A stretch of 64,000 bases of DNA from Arenicellales bacterium (GTDB lineage: Bacteria > Pseudomonadota > Gammaproteobacteria > BMS3Bbin11). The position numbers were made by a program, and so were the translations under genes. Positions 19,700-28,265 of this stretch are shown one piece after another. The number at the start of each line of letters is the position of its first letter. The first letter of the stretch is position 1. A model generated the notes under the pieces. That model saw only the letters and a program-made list of their open reading frames with translations. It was not told the DNA's origin and did not search any database. Where the stretch lies: NCBI GenBank assembly GCA_029287915.1, contig JARFQE010000029.1, positions 7,245-71,244 of the forward strand. The letters are read 5' to 3'.

Positions 19700-20100
19700 T
19701 GGATGATTTATGTTTTAAAATGACTCGATAGTTTAGATTGTTTGATTGATCAACAGGGCCAGTTTCCTGCAGTATACGATCAACACAATAGATTATATAG
19801 CAGGAAGATAGAATGTTCTCAGGCATGTTATTAACGTTTACAGGCTTGTTATTAATTGCACCGACTAAGATGTTTGTGGAGCAGTCGCTGCTGGCGTCGC
19901 CTTGATGGGGCAGGCAAGGGGGATAGATTCATTCTTAGCTCATTTTCTCCGGGGCTGTGCAATTGGCCGCAGCTATGCGGCAGGCACAGCTATACATTTC
20001 CTGTTTATTGTAGTGAGTTTTAAGTTTGAAAGGATTTTGTAGGTTCTGATGATGGTTTTGTTATATTTCATAATAGTCGCTCCTGAAGGAAATATGCATC

Positions 20101-20652
20101 GTGGAAATTGATCTGTACGGTGATCCGCCAACGGCAAGGCAAATCGAGACCGAGCGGACAGAACTGGATAACTCGCGTCTTTTGATCGTACAGAATGAGG
20201 CCCATGTGGCAGAGCTTTACAAAAAATTATTGGTCAAGGTGGTTGTTATTGCTGCAATACTGGTGATTGTTGCAGTGCTGTATTTCATCCTGCCTGCCGG
20301 TATGTTTGGTATGGTAAACGGTCGGACTGTAATGCTGGTGACGGTCAGTATTATGTTGATGACATCCTTGTTATGGATAGGCTGGCGCACCTGGAAGGAG
20401 GCCAGATCCATTATTCCGAGCAGAGGTTATGCAAAAGAGCAGTTACTACGGCTTCAAAAAAGGGAGGATGATTTGGCAGATATCGATATTAAGTTAAGAC
20501 TAAATATAGTTAACTTGAGCAGAATGGATGGGGTGCTGGCTGAATATGTAAAAAAAGCTAGCCGTGAACACCGTCATCTTATCGGTCTGGAATATGCTGC
20601 AATCAGGGATCATATTCAAAACAAGGGTCATGTACCTATCCACCATAGATAG
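20101..20652 (+). CDS. Hypothetical membrane protein (2 TM, His-rich C-terminus)
   Basis: 183-aa ORF with a GTG start and GAAGGA upstream; ends 5 nt before the metal-binding protein gene; no family recognised. Confidence 0.6.
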   Translation: MEIDLYGDPPTARQIETERTELDNSRLLIVQNEAHVAELYKKLLVKVVVIAAILVIVAVLYFILPAGMFGMVNGRTVMLVTVSIMLMTSLLWIGWRTWKEARSIIPSRGYAKEQLLRLQKREDDLADIDIKLRLNIVNLSRMDGVLAEYVKKASREHRHLIGLEYAAIRDHIQNKGHVPIHHR

Positions 20653-20657
20653 TCATC

Positions 20658-21503
20658 TTGAGGAAGCCACTTCTGTTTATCACCGTGCTGCTGATGCTTT
20701 TTTCAGTTTCCGATGCCAGTGCGCGTTTGCTTGTCGCAGTAACAGTGCCCGCCCAGGCATGGTTAGTGAACCAGCTTGCGGGTGACCATGTCGACGTGCT
20801 TACGATGATTCCACCGGGGCATGTACCAGAATCTGCACAACCAGGACCACGTAATCTTGCTCAGTTCCAGCATGCTGATATTCATCTTATTGTTGGCCAT
20901 CCAGACTTTTTTTTTGAAACACGTTACATCAAATCCCAGCTGGATAAATCTGAGTCAGCAACATTGCTTAGTATGTACGATATTGCAGCTCAACTATCAC
21001 CTGTACACCCGTTAACAGGAACAGACCCACATCTCTGGACAAGCCCATTGATAATGATGGCAACAGCAGTTGCTGTCGAGCAGAATCTGGTCAGACTGGA
21101 ACCTGAGAATACTGATGCGTATCGCAAGAATCTTCATGACTTGCTGGAAAAAATAACCAGACTTGATGTTCAAATAAGATCTCTGCTGGAAAAACGGAAC
21201 TCTAAAGTATTGCTGGTATATCACCCTGCATGGGGACATTTTAGTCACGACTTTGACTTACAGCAGATTGCCGTAGAAGATGAAGGCAAGGCACCGGGCG
21301 CTGGAAGTTTATCCGCCCTGTTTGACGTGCTGGAGAAGAAAAATATCGACTTTATTATTAGTTCTCCAGGCTCTGATCAGCGAATTGCCGGTATGATTGC
21401 AGAGCAATTTAAGATAAACCTGATTTTGGTTAATCCAATGGATCCAGACTGGATGAAAATGATGCATAACATGAAAGACGCACTGGAGAAAAATAGTGAC
21501 TGA
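20658..21503 (+). CDS. Zn/Mn ABC transporter substrate-binding protein (ZnuA/TroA cluster A-I)
   Basis: Signal peptide, DPHLW, YHPAWGHF, EDEGK. Confidence 0.85.
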   Translation: MRKPLLFITVLLMLFSVSDASARLLVAVTVPAQAWLVNQLAGDHVDVLTMIPPGHVPESAQPGPRNLAQFQHADIHLIVGHPDFFFETRYIKSQLDKSESATLLSMYDIAAQLSPVHPLTGTDPHLWTSPLIMMATAVAVEQNLVRLEPENTDAYRKNLHDLLEKITRLDVQIRSLLEKRNSKVLLVYHPAWGHFSHDFDLQQIAVEDEGKAPGAGSLSALFDVLEKKNIDFIISSPGSDQRIAGMIAEQFKINLILVNPMDPDWMKMMHNMKDALEKNSD

Positions 21504-22296
21504 TTTACAAACACCGTTGATCTCAGTGCGTGATGTGTTTTTCTCATATGCTTATGAACCGGTGCTAAAGAAAATTAGCCTGGATATCTATGACAAAGAT
21601 TTTCTGGCAATCATTGGTCCGAATGGCGGTGGTAAAACTACTTTATTGAAGATAATCCTAGGCTTACTAAAGCCTGACTCCGGAAAAGTCATCTGGACTG
21701 AAAATTCAACCAGGAATCAAATTGGTTATGTACCGCAGTTTGTTACTTTTGAAAAGGAGTTCCCACTATCTGTACGGGATGTGGTTTTGATGGGTCGGTT
21801 AAGCGGTAGTCTCTGGTGGCAGAAGGTGTCGGTTGAGGATCAAGACGTGACAACAGATGTTCTCCACAGTCTGGGTTTGGGGCCATTTTCTGACAAACCG
21901 GTAGGATATTTATCGGGCGGTCAATTGCAGAGAGTAATGATAGCCCGGGCACTGGTTTCTGATCCAAAAATCCTGTTTCTCGATGAACCTAATGCATCGA
22001 TTGATAGAGACTCGCGCTTTAAATTGACTAACATGCTGACAGAATTGAACAAAAGTATTCCCATTGTTGTTATTACACATGACATTACTTCATTTGCATC
22101 GAATGTTGAGCATATAGCCTGTGTCAACCAGACACTTTACTATCATGGCGATGCAGAGCTCGCCAGTGGTTGTCTAGATGAAGCCTATGGCTGTCCGGTC
22201 GAGCTGGTTGCTCACGGCGTACCACATCGGGTATTACAGGACCATGCTGAACAATCTTCCCCATCACCCTGTTCACACCACGGATCAGGTAAATGA
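21496..22296 (+). CDS. Metal ABC transporter ATP-binding protein (ZnuC-like)
   Basis: GPNGGGKTT, YVPQ, LSGGQLQR, LDEP, ITHD; C-terminal YGCPVELVAHGVPHRV. Confidence 0.9.
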   Translation: MTDLQTPLISVRDVFFSYAYEPVLKKISLDIYDKDFLAIIGPNGGGKTTLLKIILGLLKPDSGKVIWTENSTRNQIGYVPQFVTFEKEFPLSVRDVVLMGRLSGSLWWQKVSVEDQDVTTDVLHSLGLGPFSDKPVGYLSGGQLQRVMIARALVSDPKILFLDEPNASIDRDSRFKLTNMLTELNKSIPIVVITHDITSFASNVEHIACVNQTLYYHGDAELASGCLDEAYGCPVELVAHGVPHRVLQDHAEQSSPSPCSHHGSGK

Positions 22297-23117
22297 CCGG
22301 TCTGTTATCAGTATTGCAATATGATTTCATCCAGAATGCTCTGATTGGCAGTCTGCTGGTGGCGATTATGTGTGCGATTACCGGTACCTTTATCGTTATT
22401 AAGAGGCTGGTTTTTCTTAGTGGTGGTATTTCGCACGGCGCTTTCGCTGGGCTTGGTGCTGCCTATTTTCTGGGTATCACTCCAATGCTTGGTGCTATGC
22501 TATTTGCTGTATTATCGGCAGTTGCCATTACCGGGGTGATCATCAGACAGAGTCAACCAGCTGATGTGACGATAGGCATCTTCTGGGCTACAGGAATGGC
22601 AACGGGTGTCCTGTTTGTATACATAACTCCGGGTTACGTCCCTGATCTTATGCCATATCTGTTTGGGGATATTCTGACAATTAGCAGTCAACAATTATTC
22701 TGGATGATGGTTTTCAGTCTGATAAGTTTGCTGATCACAGCTTTGCTATTTCGTCAGCTGCTTGCAGTGAGTTTTGATGATGAATATGCCCGCCTTCAAG
22801 GTTTGCCAGTAGGGATTATTATGGTAATCCTCATGATCATGAATAGTGTAGCCATCGTAATGATGATCCAGGCGGTGGGTATTATTCTTGTTATGGCTCT
22901 GTTGACCATCCCGCCATTGATCGGTCTTACACTAGCAGCTGAAATAAGAACGGTAATGTTCTATGCATTTATCAGTGCAGTGTCTATTACAATTGGTGGC
23001 CTGGCAGTTTCATTTCTTCTTGATCTCCCCAGTGGGCCTGCCATTGTATTGCTGGGTGCCGGAATATTGATGATCGTCAAGCTTTCAGCCAGGTTCACTC
23101 AGGCCAGTAGAACTTAG
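22293..23117 (+). CDS. Metal ABC transporter permease (ZnuB-like)
   Basis: GGISHGAFAG, YLFGDIL, SFDDEYA, DLPSGPAIV. Confidence 0.9.
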   Translation: MTGLLSVLQYDFIQNALIGSLLVAIMCAITGTFIVIKRLVFLSGGISHGAFAGLGAAYFLGITPMLGAMLFAVLSAVAITGVIIRQSQPADVTIGIFWATGMATGVLFVYITPGYVPDLMPYLFGDILTISSQQLFWMMVFSLISLLITALLFRQLLAVSFDDEYARLQGLPVGIIMVILMIMNSVAIVMMIQAVGIILVMALLTIPPLIGLTLAAEIRTVMFYAFISAVSITIGGLAVSFLLDLPSGPAIVLLGAGILMIVKLSARFTQASRT

Positions 23118-25386
23118 AAAGATTATTTAATGGCTTTGGATCAATAAGGCGCTGATTCGTCAGTGTCGGTATTGTAAAGTGAGTGACAACGTAGACGAAT
23201 TTTGATCCGTACGATCGTTCTCCCATAGGGCAATCAGGATCACGACCTAGGGAGATGATTTTTCCTTCACCCTGAGGTAAGTCAGCCAGAAGGTTACTAT
23301 GGCATATTATGACGTCCTCATCAGAGGTAATGGGGAGCTTTAGTACAAAATAAGAAGAGAAATTATATCCAACCATACCTGATGCTCTTATATCAGCAGG
23401 CCCATTGTTCATCACAAGGAATTCCAGATTTTTCCCTTTGAAATTAGTTCTGGCAATTTCAAGATCAACTGTGATCTCATCTTTATCTCGATTGATATCG
23501 GGTAGATTAAAACTGACAAAGTTAGGTAATAGTTCAATTTCTTCAGTTACAGCAAGAACTTTACCATCCATTGTTTGTGCTTGCAGGCTGTAAATACCAA
23601 AAGTGCTTCCATCATCAGGAACCTGCCAGGAAAATTGAGCATTGGTGATAGCTATGGGTTTTTGATTTAGTTTCATAATCTTGTTGCTGCTGCGTTCCTG
23701 CAAAACTAAATCTATTAACAGGCCCGGTTTCTTTTTCATGCTCTCAGGCCAGATAATTTTTATCTGTTGTCCACCCCGGTAGGATGTGCCGCTAAGTGGT
23801 GCAATCAGTCGTTGTATATTTGCCGGGTCCTGGCTGGCAATGATGAATTTTCTTTTAGTGGTTGTGTTGGTCCCATTTTCATCTTTGATTGAAAGTATGT
23901 ATTCGCCACTCTCCTGCGCAGAGAGATCAAGGGAAAACTGGCCATCGTTACTGGTTAGCGAACTCAGAACCTTTTCATTTGTGCTGCTTTTTATAACAGT
24001 AATGCGTACACGCTTTCCTATATCGCCACTAGACTTCCAGTTTATCGTCAATTTTCTATTGTCAGTCAGTCGTTCATTTTGACGAGGGCTAATAATAGTA
24101 ATTTCAGGTGGTGACTCAGCCGGTGACTCAGCCATTGCAAGGTCAGCCTTGTTTGCTACCGTGGACATCACTCGGAATGGCCGGCTGTGGTTGTCTCGTA
24201 CATCTGTTTCATCAACAACACCTTCAATGTCGACAGTTGCTACATACAGGTTTTCTGTCGCAAGCTGAGACACTGGCCAATTAATGTTAAGCGTGGCTGT
24301 TTCCCCTGCTTTCAGGGATTTAACCGGTTGTTTTATCAGCCATGGTTTGTCCTGGTTATCCTGTAATATCTGTACCCCCATGATAAATGGTTTTGTCTCT
24401 GAGGCCTGGCTATTGTTAGTAATATAGAATGTAACCTGTCCATCGGTTGTATAGTGCACACCAGATATAGTTTCAATATATACAACAAGATTTGCTAACT
24501 GCTTCGGTCCTGTTTTAAGCCCGGGTGCGGCAATAATTTGTTTGTTTTTCTTCTCTGTGCCAGCAGGTCGGACTACCAGGGTTTTACTCAGCAGGTTATT
24601 TCTATTGGATTCCTCGTCTATTACTCCATCAGGATTGACTAACACAAGGATATCTTTTTTACCCTCACTGGTGGGCTTGAATTCAGTCTCAATATCAGCC
24701 TGACTGTCCGCCGCAATATTCATCATGATATCCTTTCCATGCGGCTGACCATTAATGAAAATTCGGATTTTTACATTGTCTGCCTGTACAGAACCCGTAT
24801 TAGAGATTCTACTTTTAATACGAATTTTCTGTCCAATCCGAGGTGAAGCAATGTTGAAAGTTATTACCTCTGGTAGCAGGTCTGGTTTCCCCGATACTGA
24901 TTCATCCTGCAATGTTTGTTCATCAGCCTGACCGGAAAACTGCTTATCCGTCATCCCGCCGGGAAGGGAAAGAATAGCAAGCTGACGTGAAACTTCATCT
25001 GTTTTGAATTTTTCACCCTCTATATCCAGCACCACTCGAAACTGGTAACGCCCCTCAGGAGAGTCCTTGAATCGAAATACAGTTTTGGCATTTCCGGTGG
25101 AATCAAAGTCGGTTACGGTTTGCCTGCCAATTTCATTTTTGTCAAGATAGTAACGCAGGCGGAGGACTTTATTACGTAACGAAGGCTGTACACTTACTGT
25201 GATGTCGGCACTGATTTCTTCACCGAGATAGGCAACACTGCGGTTGAGTGAAAGATGCTCGATCTTGATTGGTTCTTCGTCAGCAGCATAGACCGTAGCA
25301 GCAGACAGAATGATTATAGGCAGGAGACATGCGCGCGCCAGTATATTAATTATCCCGTCTATATTTTGTCGCATTCGGCTGTACAT
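23095..25386 (-). CDS. Secreted multi-Ig protein with CARDB domains
   Basis: Signal peptide ending VYA-ADEE; PDL...ISNTG...VNPDGVIDEESNRNN and VDIEGVVDETDVRDN CARDB signatures; two IxxP...I.W Ig-like domains. Confidence 0.7.
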   Translation of the reverse strand: MYSRMRQNIDGIINILARACLLPIIILSAATVYAADEEPIKIEHLSLNRSVAYLGEEISADITVSVQPSLRNKVLRLRYYLDKNEIGRQTVTDFDSTGNAKTVFRFKDSPEGRYQFRVVLDIEGEKFKTDEVSRQLAILSLPGGMTDKQFSGQADEQTLQDESVSGKPDLLPEVITFNIASPRIGQKIRIKSRISNTGSVQADNVKIRIFINGQPHGKDIMMNIAADSQADIETEFKPTSEGKKDILVLVNPDGVIDEESNRNNLLSKTLVVRPAGTEKKNKQIIAAPGLKTGPKQLANLVVYIETISGVHYTTDGQVTFYITNNSQASETKPFIMGVQILQDNQDKPWLIKQPVKSLKAGETATLNINWPVSQLATENLYVATVDIEGVVDETDVRDNHSRPFRVMSTVANKADLAMAESPAESPPEITIISPRQNERLTDNRKLTINWKSSGDIGKRVRITVIKSSTNEKVLSSLTSNDGQFSLDLSAQESGEYILSIKDENGTNTTTKRKFIIASQDPANIQRLIAPLSGTSYRGGQQIKIIWPESMKKKPGLLIDLVLQERSSNKIMKLNQKPIAITNAQFSWQVPDDGSTFGIYSLQAQTMDGKVLAVTEEIELLPNFVSFNLPDINRDKDEITVDLEIARTNFKGKNLEFLVMNNGPADIRASGMVGYNFSSYFVLKLPITSDEDVIICHSNLLADLPQGEGKIISLGRDPDCPMGERSYGSKFVYVVTHFTIPTLTNQRLIDPKPLNNLSKFYWPE

Positions 25387-25407
25387 TAATTACTCAGGTT
25401 TCATCAC

Positions 25408-25644
25408 ATGCAAATTGATTATTATACAAAATATGGATGCACCTTGTGTGACGAGGGACTGTCAATATTACGCGGATTCGCTGAAATTGATGTCAGAATT
25501 GTAGATGTTGAAGAGGATATTGAGAAATATCACGATTATCTGCTGCGCATTCCAGTTATCAGCTACGATAATGGAGACAAGGAGCTCGCATGGCCATTTA
25601 ATTATGAAGATATCAGGAGGATTCTTTTATCAGCTGAGGTTTAA
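25408..25644 (+). CDS. Glutaredoxin-like protein (DUF836 type)
   Basis: YTKYGCTLC, Y.LRIPV, L.WPF. Confidence 0.8.
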   Translation: MQIDYYTKYGCTLCDEGLSILRGFAEIDVRIVDVEEDIEKYHDYLLRIPVISYDNGDKELAWPFNYEDIRRILLSAEV

Positions 25645-25919
25645 TGATTTACATCATCCGTATTAGTTCAATAATTTGAGTGACACCAGCTGGGCCGGAT
25701 TCTAGTAGCCGGGAAATTGTCGTTTGGAAATGCCCGGTACTACCTGACCCGCTACCTGCTAATGATGCTATCAGAACAGAAGAGAAATTTGCACAGGCGA
25801 GCTTTTGATTAGATGCATGCGCGCATACCGCTTCTATAGTTCAGATGCCAGATACGGGTATGTAGGGCACTAGAGTACCTGACTGTAACATACCGGCTAT
25901 TGAAAGCTGCTAATCTCGG

Positions 25920-26126
25920 TTAATCTCGATAGTGTGGATCCATCCAACACTTAGGCAGGCTTTCACCTGACGGAAAGCACACATTTATTTTTTTGAAATT
26001 ATCAGGTTCAGCTACGTCTTCACCGAAGTCCAGACGACCCATAAATGAATCTTTGAAAGGGTCAGCGACCTCCGTGGGGTCAAGCACTTCGATCAGATGA
26101 CCGGTATCTTTTTCCATTAGTAGCAT
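25920..26126 (-). CDS. Conserved small protein (family often labelled 'acetyltransferase'; function unverified)
   Basis: GHLIEVLD...DPF......GE....P..F......FPSGESLPKCW.DP.YR pattern recognised; GAGG RBS. Confidence 0.65.
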   Translation of the reverse strand: MLLMEKDTGHLIEVLDPTEVADPFKDSFMGRLDFGEDVAEPDNFKKINVCFPSGESLPKCWMDPHYRD

Positions 26127-26185
26127 AACGTGCCTCGCTTATTTGATGCTGTGAATAATGGCTCATTATAAAACATGGAATCACA

Positions 26186-26199
26186 ATGATACAGATCAA
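26186..26199 (-). promoter_or_regulatory. FNR-like box upstream of the small protein gene
   Basis: Minus strand TTGAT-CTGT-ATCAT (9/10 consensus); TATAAT on the minus strand at 26170-26165. Confidence 0.45.
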
Positions 26200-26293
26200 A
26201 TTTCACCTGTTCAGCAGTTGAATATATAACAGTTGATAGATTACTTTTGATAATTAAAAACGCGGTCCCTAATGCTAATATATAAAGTAAAAT

Positions 26294-27193
26294 TTATAGC
26301 GTCTGTTTAGACGGAATTTTTTTCAGCGCCCAGTTCTGCTTACCCCAGTTAAGAATATCCCTGATACTGGACGCCTGCAGATCTTGTGGTGGGCTCTGCC
26401 CAAGATCTTGCAAGGCCTTGAACAGTGTTCTGGCTGGATCATGCATGGAGATGGGTTCGGCCCCTGTCTGCTTGGACAACTTTTCCCCACGGGTATTCAC
26501 CGCTACGGGTATATGAGCGTATTGAGGTGGTTCGATATCAAGAGCATTCTGCAGATACATTTGCGCCGATGTCGATGACAGTAGATCGGCTCCACGAATA
26601 CTCTCTGTTATATTCTGGTAGTCATCATCCAGCACGACTGCAAGATGGTAGGCGTGTAGCCCGTCCGCCCGACGGACTACAAAATCTCCATGCTCCTGAA
26701 ACAGTCTGGAAAACTGTGATCCTTGAATCATGTCATGCCATGAAAGGGTCTCCTTGGAAACTTTTAATCGGATAGCATAGCGTTGTCGACCTGCTATGTA
26801 GCCACTTCGACAGTGCCCGGTGTAGATCGACTCGCCACGCTGAACAATATCTTTTCTTGAGCAGCTACAGAGGTAAATTAAATTTTTTTTCTGCAACCTG
26901 GCAAGCGCCTCATCATAGGCCTCTAGACGTCGGCTTTGATAGAGAATGTCTTTATCCCAATGAAGTCCGAAGCTTTCCAGTGTGTGTAAGATATCGCTGG
27001 CGGCACCTGCAATTTCTCGGGGCGGGTCAAGGTCGTCGATCCGCACCAGCCAGGTCCCGTTCTGTGACCTTATATTTAGATAACTGGCTACGGCAGCAAG
27101 CAATGATCCATAATGAAGAGGACCGGTAGGAGAAGGGGCGAAACGTCCAGTTGGAGTAGTGACTGTATCAGAGGTAAAAGCCGGACTTGTCAT
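26294..27193 (-). CDS. gluQ: Glutamyl-Q tRNA(Asp) synthetase
   Basis: GRFAPSPTGPLHYGS, RIDDLDPPR, CSCSR, YHLAVVLDD, RGADL, KLSKQ; no anticodon-binding domain (299 aa). Confidence 0.92.
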   Translation of the reverse strand: MTSPAFTSDTVTTPTGRFAPSPTGPLHYGSLLAAVASYLNIRSQNGTWLVRIDDLDPPREIAGAASDILHTLESFGLHWDKDILYQSRRLEAYDEALARLQKKNLIYLCSCSRKDIVQRGESIYTGHCRSGYIAGRQRYAIRLKVSKETLSWHDMIQGSQFSRLFQEHGDFVVRRADGLHAYHLAVVLDDDYQNITESIRGADLLSSTSAQMYLQNALDIEPPQYAHIPVAVNTRGEKLSKQTGAEPISMHDPARTLFKALQDLGQSPPQDLQASSIRDILNWGKQNWALKKIPSKQTL

Positions 27194-28263
27194 TTCATTC
27201 GGTAAAGACGATGTATGGCCCTAATTAGCAATATATTGGGTTTAGTACAACTGTGTTTGCTCGACAACCATTTAACAATCGACGTGTAGTCTTTATTGAG
27301 ACATTTATATTTTAACTGTTCTTTAGTCATCGATTGGAGTGTAGTAATCAGCTTCTTATTCTTTTCTTTATTTTCACGTATCTGCTGGCAGTCGGTGAGG
27401 TAGGTACGTATTGTGAAAAGTGCAGCCTGCTGCTCAGGAAAAGGCCACAAGATTTGACGTTCTACCCGCAAATATAGCGAAGGGTGCTGTGGATTAAAGC
27501 GAATATTTGGCTCATTTTTACTGCCGGATGACAGGCACGGACGGGGATGCTGATTCAGCTCAGCTACCGTTGTCAGCCCCCAGGCAAAACGAACAAACGG
27601 GCCCTTGTTAACGATAGTATTAACGATGGCTTTGGCATCACGCTCGCTATTTTTCATACCAGCAACCGGTTCATGGATTGACTGAAAGGGTTGTCCAATT
27701 TTCTCTTCAGCCGCCCAGTTGTTGGCCTGGCAAAGGTGAACAGCCGCGAGCCAGTCTCGGCCAAATGGGGAACGACTGATTATTGCCAGGTCTTCCTGTA
27801 TCTGGCAGGCCAGGGCGTCTAGTGAATCATGATAGTCAGGCGATGGTGCGGGACCGTTGCGTTCTGCACGGATAAACCTCAGCTTCTGATCAAATATAAG
27901 TGTTTCATTCGTGAGCTTGCAATATAGCGCCATATCATTATCTGTCTGGCTATCAAGCTGGAACAGCTCTGGGTACTCCAGTGTCAGGCGTTCAATGATG
28001 AACCTCAGGATGGTGGTCGAGACGTCTGAGGATAGCATTTGTGTGCGATAGTATTTGGACAGCCTCTCGTGACGTGCCTCAAGCTTGACCTGACGGCAGG
28101 CTGCGAAGTTTTCATCGATTTGAAAAACCTGCTGATCCACTACGCCATTTCCCAGATCAATACCAAATGCCTTTAGTTCCGGCCCGACATCGTAGATGCC
28201 TTTCTGCAGTGGAAAATAAGTTGCCGCTTGCGGTAACTGTTTGTTTTCTGATATTTCGCTCAC
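27190..28263 (-). CDS. DUF3445 / heme-dependent oxidative N-demethylase alpha-subunit-like protein
   Basis: IQEDL, W..EEKIG..F..IH.PV, RFAWGL, RVERQ.L...P...AALFTIRT. Confidence 0.8.
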   Translation of the reverse strand: MSEISENKQLPQAATYFPLQKGIYDVGPELKAFGIDLGNGVVDQQVFQIDENFAACRQVKLEARHERLSKYYRTQMLSSDVSTTILRFIIERLTLEYPELFQLDSQTDNDMALYCKLTNETLIFDQKLRFIRAERNGPAPSPDYHDSLDALACQIQEDLAIISRSPFGRDWLAAVHLCQANNWAAEEKIGQPFQSIHEPVAGMKNSERDAKAIVNTIVNKGPFVRFAWGLTTVAELNQHPRPCLSSGSKNEPNIRFNPQHPSLYLRVERQILWPFPEQQAALFTIRTYLTDCQQIRENKEKNKKLITTLQSMTKEQLKYKCLNKDYTSIVKWLSSKHSCTKPNILLIRAIHRLYRMK

Positions 28264-28265
28264 TG

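Noticed and set aside
20059-20075. TGTTATATTTCATAATA as a Zur box for the metal ABC operon
   Set aside because: Half-site spacing is 5 rather than 3, and the best 3-spaced alignment has three mismatches in AT-rich sequence; too weak to call.
25851-25861. ATACCCGTATC (minus strand) resembling a TPP riboswitch segment
   Set aside because: The CTGAGA and CCTGA...GCGTAGGGA elements are absent, and no thiamine gene follows.
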